Shown: piece by piece, positions 30,055 through 32,000 of the stretch
Layout of the letters: every line of letters starts with the position of its first letter
How positions within the stretch are numbered: position 1 is the first letter of the stretch
Source of the DNA: Candidatus Baldrarchaeota archaeon
GTDB taxonomy: Archaea; Asgardarchaeota; Baldrarchaeia; Baldrarchaeales; DXJG01
Assembly: GCA_019056805.1 (NCBI GenBank)
Contig: DXJG01000002.1
Coordinates: forward strand, 523,103-555,102
Length of the DNA: 32,000 bases
Reading direction: 5' to 3'
Made by a program: the position numbers and the translations under genes
Notes under the pieces: generated by a model
Database searches by the model: none
The model's input: only the letters and a program-made list of their open reading frames with translations
Told to the model about the DNA's origin: nothing

Positions 30055-30252
30055 ATGAAAGAAGAAAAAATACTTCAAGTCCTTAAAAAACACGGCCCCT
30101 TAACCAGCAGCCAAATCGCAAAGATAACCGGTTATCCAAGAACAACAGTATATGATAAACTCTCAAAACTTCAACTAAAAGGAAAAGTAAAAAAGAAACC
30201 AGAAAAAAGAAACAAAAAAGGCAGACCAAAAATATACTGGGAAATAACCTAA
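30055..30252 (+). CDS. Small winged-helix DNA-binding protein (TrmB/ArsR-like)
   Basis: ILQVLKKHGPLTSSQIAKITGYPRTTVYDKLSKLQLKGKV..GRPKIYW. GAGGG SD. Confidence 0.85.
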   Translation: MKEEKILQVLKKHGPLTSSQIAKITGYPRTTVYDKLSKLQLKGKVKKKPEKRNKKGRPKIYWEIT

Positions 30253-30415
30253 AACACGCTCTTCTCTCCAAATTTTAAAATACATTTGATATGGGTAGCA
30301 AGAATCATAAAATTAGGAGAAAGATGGAAAGGAATATTCCACCTAACTGTTTAACAATTTAATAGGTTGAATAGGTTCTAATAACTGGATTTAATATATT
30401 AGATGGGATATAAAC

Positions 30416-30657
30416 ATGGGAGAAATTGTTAAAATTAATAGTAAATGGCGTATTGTTATACCTAAAAAATTTAGAGATAATTTAAAACCAAATGATGAAT
30501 TCTTAGTTGAAAAATTGGTGATACTATTGTCTTAAGAAGGTTTAACAGAGAAGAATTAATTAAAGAATTTAATGAAATTAAACTTTACACCAGTGATAAA
30601 ATGAAGAATGCTAATGCTGAAAGAGGAAAGACACTACACGGCGATGTTAAAGAATGA
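30416..30657 (+). pseudogene. AbrB/MazE/SpoVT-type antitoxin (VapB-like), frameshifted
   Basis: MGEIVKINSKWRIVIPKKFRDNLKPNDEFLVEK. Adding one A at the A5 run (30510-30514) continues it as IGDTIVLRRFNREELIKEFNEIKL..GDVKE to a stop at 30657. Confidence 0.75.
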
Positions 30658-30725
30658 GTATCATCGATACAGACGTCCTCTCCTACAATCTTTTTGGAAA
30701 ATCATCTTTCAACATTCTATACTAA
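30654..30725 (+). pseudogene. PIN-domain (VapC-like) toxin remnant
   Basis: ATGA overlap with the AbrB-like stop. Reads MSIIDTDVLSYNLFGKSSFNILY*, with the PIN first-strand motif IIDTDV, then is truncated. Confidence 0.6.
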
Positions 30726-31531
30726 ACCTTTAATTTAGTGAAGGATCTAAGAGGTGAAAATATCTTTCAATTCCCTATTTGGGGTTTTCCGGTTTTGAAT
30801 CCATTGTTCTTCCTCGCTTTTTCCCTCTATTCTTACTCTTCACTTAAAGTTGGTAACTAAACCACTTCATGTGCGAGGAATCACATTACTGAGACATCAA
30901 ATCCGTAAAAACATTTTTAGTGTTATGTCATATCATTTGGTGATTTGGTAAATTTTTACACAGTATGCTTATGTCGGGGTAACAAGTATATAAAAGGTTT
31001 ATTTATCGCCAAAAATAGTTTTTCTGCATTTCATAGAGTTTGGTGTCAATTTAGAGGAAAAATATCAAATCAACCACATGATGTTTAACGCAATAGGTAT
31101 ATTTCTTGTTTCTTTTCATAAACAAGGTTAAGAACAGTTGGCAAGGGGGGCTATTACTTGTAATATTACTAAATTTTGAGCAGTAGCAGGCTAAGATTCT
31201 TTTCTATTTCTAAACGTCTTTTTGGACACTACCCATATATCAAGTAAATTAAGGTTTAAACGTGTTAAAAATTGATTTAATTGACTGAAATGTAGAATTT
31301 TAGGAAAATTAAGACTTCCCTATTTTGTTTTTATCTTGGCAATATACTTCCGAGTAGCATAATCTTTAAAATATAGCTATTTTGGATAAAAGTGTTATCA
31401 AGGTTTAGTTCACCGTTCTGTCACCGTAATTTCTTAAACTACTTATAAACTAAATATTAGATGACTAGAAACTTTTGAGACTTGCAGATTGTAGCTAGAT
31501 TTGTTTGTATAAACCTTTGCAATATTGTTGT

Positions 31532-31885
31532 TTATATTTCTATGTATTTATTTATGAATTTCTTGTACCAGTTTTCATGTTCTTCCGGTGTTACTATGTG
31601 TATTTCGAAGGGTGTACATTCTCCTATCTCTTTTGATATCTCCATTCTTAGCTTTAATCTTCTATTTGTCTCTTCAGCCAGTTTCGTTATGATTAGAATA
31701 TCTATATCGCTGTCTGGTTTCATTTCCTTTTTAACCACGCTTCCAAACAACATAACTCTGGCTGACATGTCATGTTTCTTTACCACATTTTTTATTTTCT
31801 CGGCGTAAGCCTTGGGGGTTTCATAGTATTTTTTCCATTCTTTTACGGTTTCAAGTTTAAGGTCTATAAGTGTTTTTCCAACCAT
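31532..31885 (-). CDS. Minimal nucleotidyltransferase (MNT antitoxin)
   Basis: VMLFGSVVKKEMKPDSDIDILII (GS..DxD) and FEIHIVT. Overlaps the end of the upstream HEPN gene. Confidence 0.9.
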   Translation of the reverse strand: MVGKTLIDLKLETVKEWKKYYETPKAYAEKIKNVVKKHDMSARVMLFGSVVKKEMKPDSDIDILIITKLAEETNRRLKLRMEISKEIGECTPFEIHIVTPEEHENWYKKFINKYIEI

Positions 31886-32000
31886 TCCAGCACCTCTAAA
31901 ATTTTCTCTGCGAATTTTAATACCCGCTCAGCTATATCTTTATCGTATTCCCTGGGCAAATATCTTGAAGATATGTATGCTTCCTCAAGAAGATACAGAG
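31864..32000 (-). CDS. HEPN domain protein, C-terminal part; runs off the right window edge
   Basis: Not in the ORF track. Manual translation: LYLLEEAYISSRYLPREYDKDIAERVLKFAEKILEVLEWLEKHL*, with the LExAYIxxRY HEPN motif. Confidence 0.85.
   Translation of the reverse strand, partial: LYLLEEAYISSRYLPREYDKDIAERVLKFAEKILEVLEWLEKHL

Noticed and set aside
27922-31395. 12-bp inverted repeat ACACTTTTATCC (27922-27933) / GGATAAAAGTGT (31384-31395) bracketing the accessory segment
   Set aside because: It does not extend beyond 12 bp, is AT-rich enough to be chance, has no transposase or recombinase and no target-site duplication, and the skew inside the segment does not fit a simple inversion.
30726-31531. 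Possible genes in the ~800-nt gap before the MNT gene
   Set aside because: Only short ORFs without motifs. Probably degraded accessory DNA, but no identity can be supported.
1020-31808. Many antisense or overlapping ORFs in the track (e.g. 2779-3087, 5894-6232, 7531-8082, 12486-12983, 12996-13373, 18159-18686, 20054-20782, 21997-22530, 25012-25431, 26577-26930, 27574-27908, 31482-31808)
   Set aside because: They lie opposite or inside well-supported genes, show no family motifs, and have biased Ser/Phe/Ile or Asn/Lys/Thr compositions expected from the strand skew.
1-32000. CRISPR arrays, tRNA/rRNA genes, IS elements
   Set aside because: No regularly spaced repeats, no GC-rich structured RNA-like segments and no transposase motifs were seen by eye. 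A tRNAscan/Infernal run would be needed to exclude small RNAs.

Overview
AT-rich archaeal chromosomal window with GGAG/GGTG-type Shine-Dalgarno sites and many GTG/TTG starts. It is most likely from an Asgard archaeon (inference): it encodes a profilin-like protein (19493-19816), a stand-alone roadblock/LC7 protein, and a roadblock/longin-like plus winged-helix protein. The first ~27 kb is mostly metabolism. It holds a partial sugar-phosphate nucleotidyltransferase, a ChlI-like AAA+ ATPase followed by a vWA ORF, CoA-disulfide reductase, M24 and M42 peptidases, TldD/PmbA, an MFS-DUF47 fusion, a class V aminotransferase, a frameshifted lipoate-protein ligase, a HAD hydrolase, a KaiC/RAD55-like ATPase, DedA, a cupin, a PP-loop protein, DUF169 and a family III CoA-transferase. 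The last ~4 kb looks accessory: DUF2139, a small HTH protein, a decayed AbrB-PIN (vapBC) pair and an HEPN-MNT pair. Best leads: (1) a candidate +1 recoding site (UUU_UUU_CGU) that would fuse the ChlI-like and vWA ORFs into a ChlD-like protein; (2) the profilin; (3) the MFS-DUF47/PhoU-like fusion; (4) an extreme A/C versus G/T strand skew that flips abruptly near 27.95 kb. All three reading-frame breaks lie in short homopolymers, so assembly error has to be excluded. I saw no rRNA, tRNA or CRISPR array. All family calls are by motif recognition, not database search.
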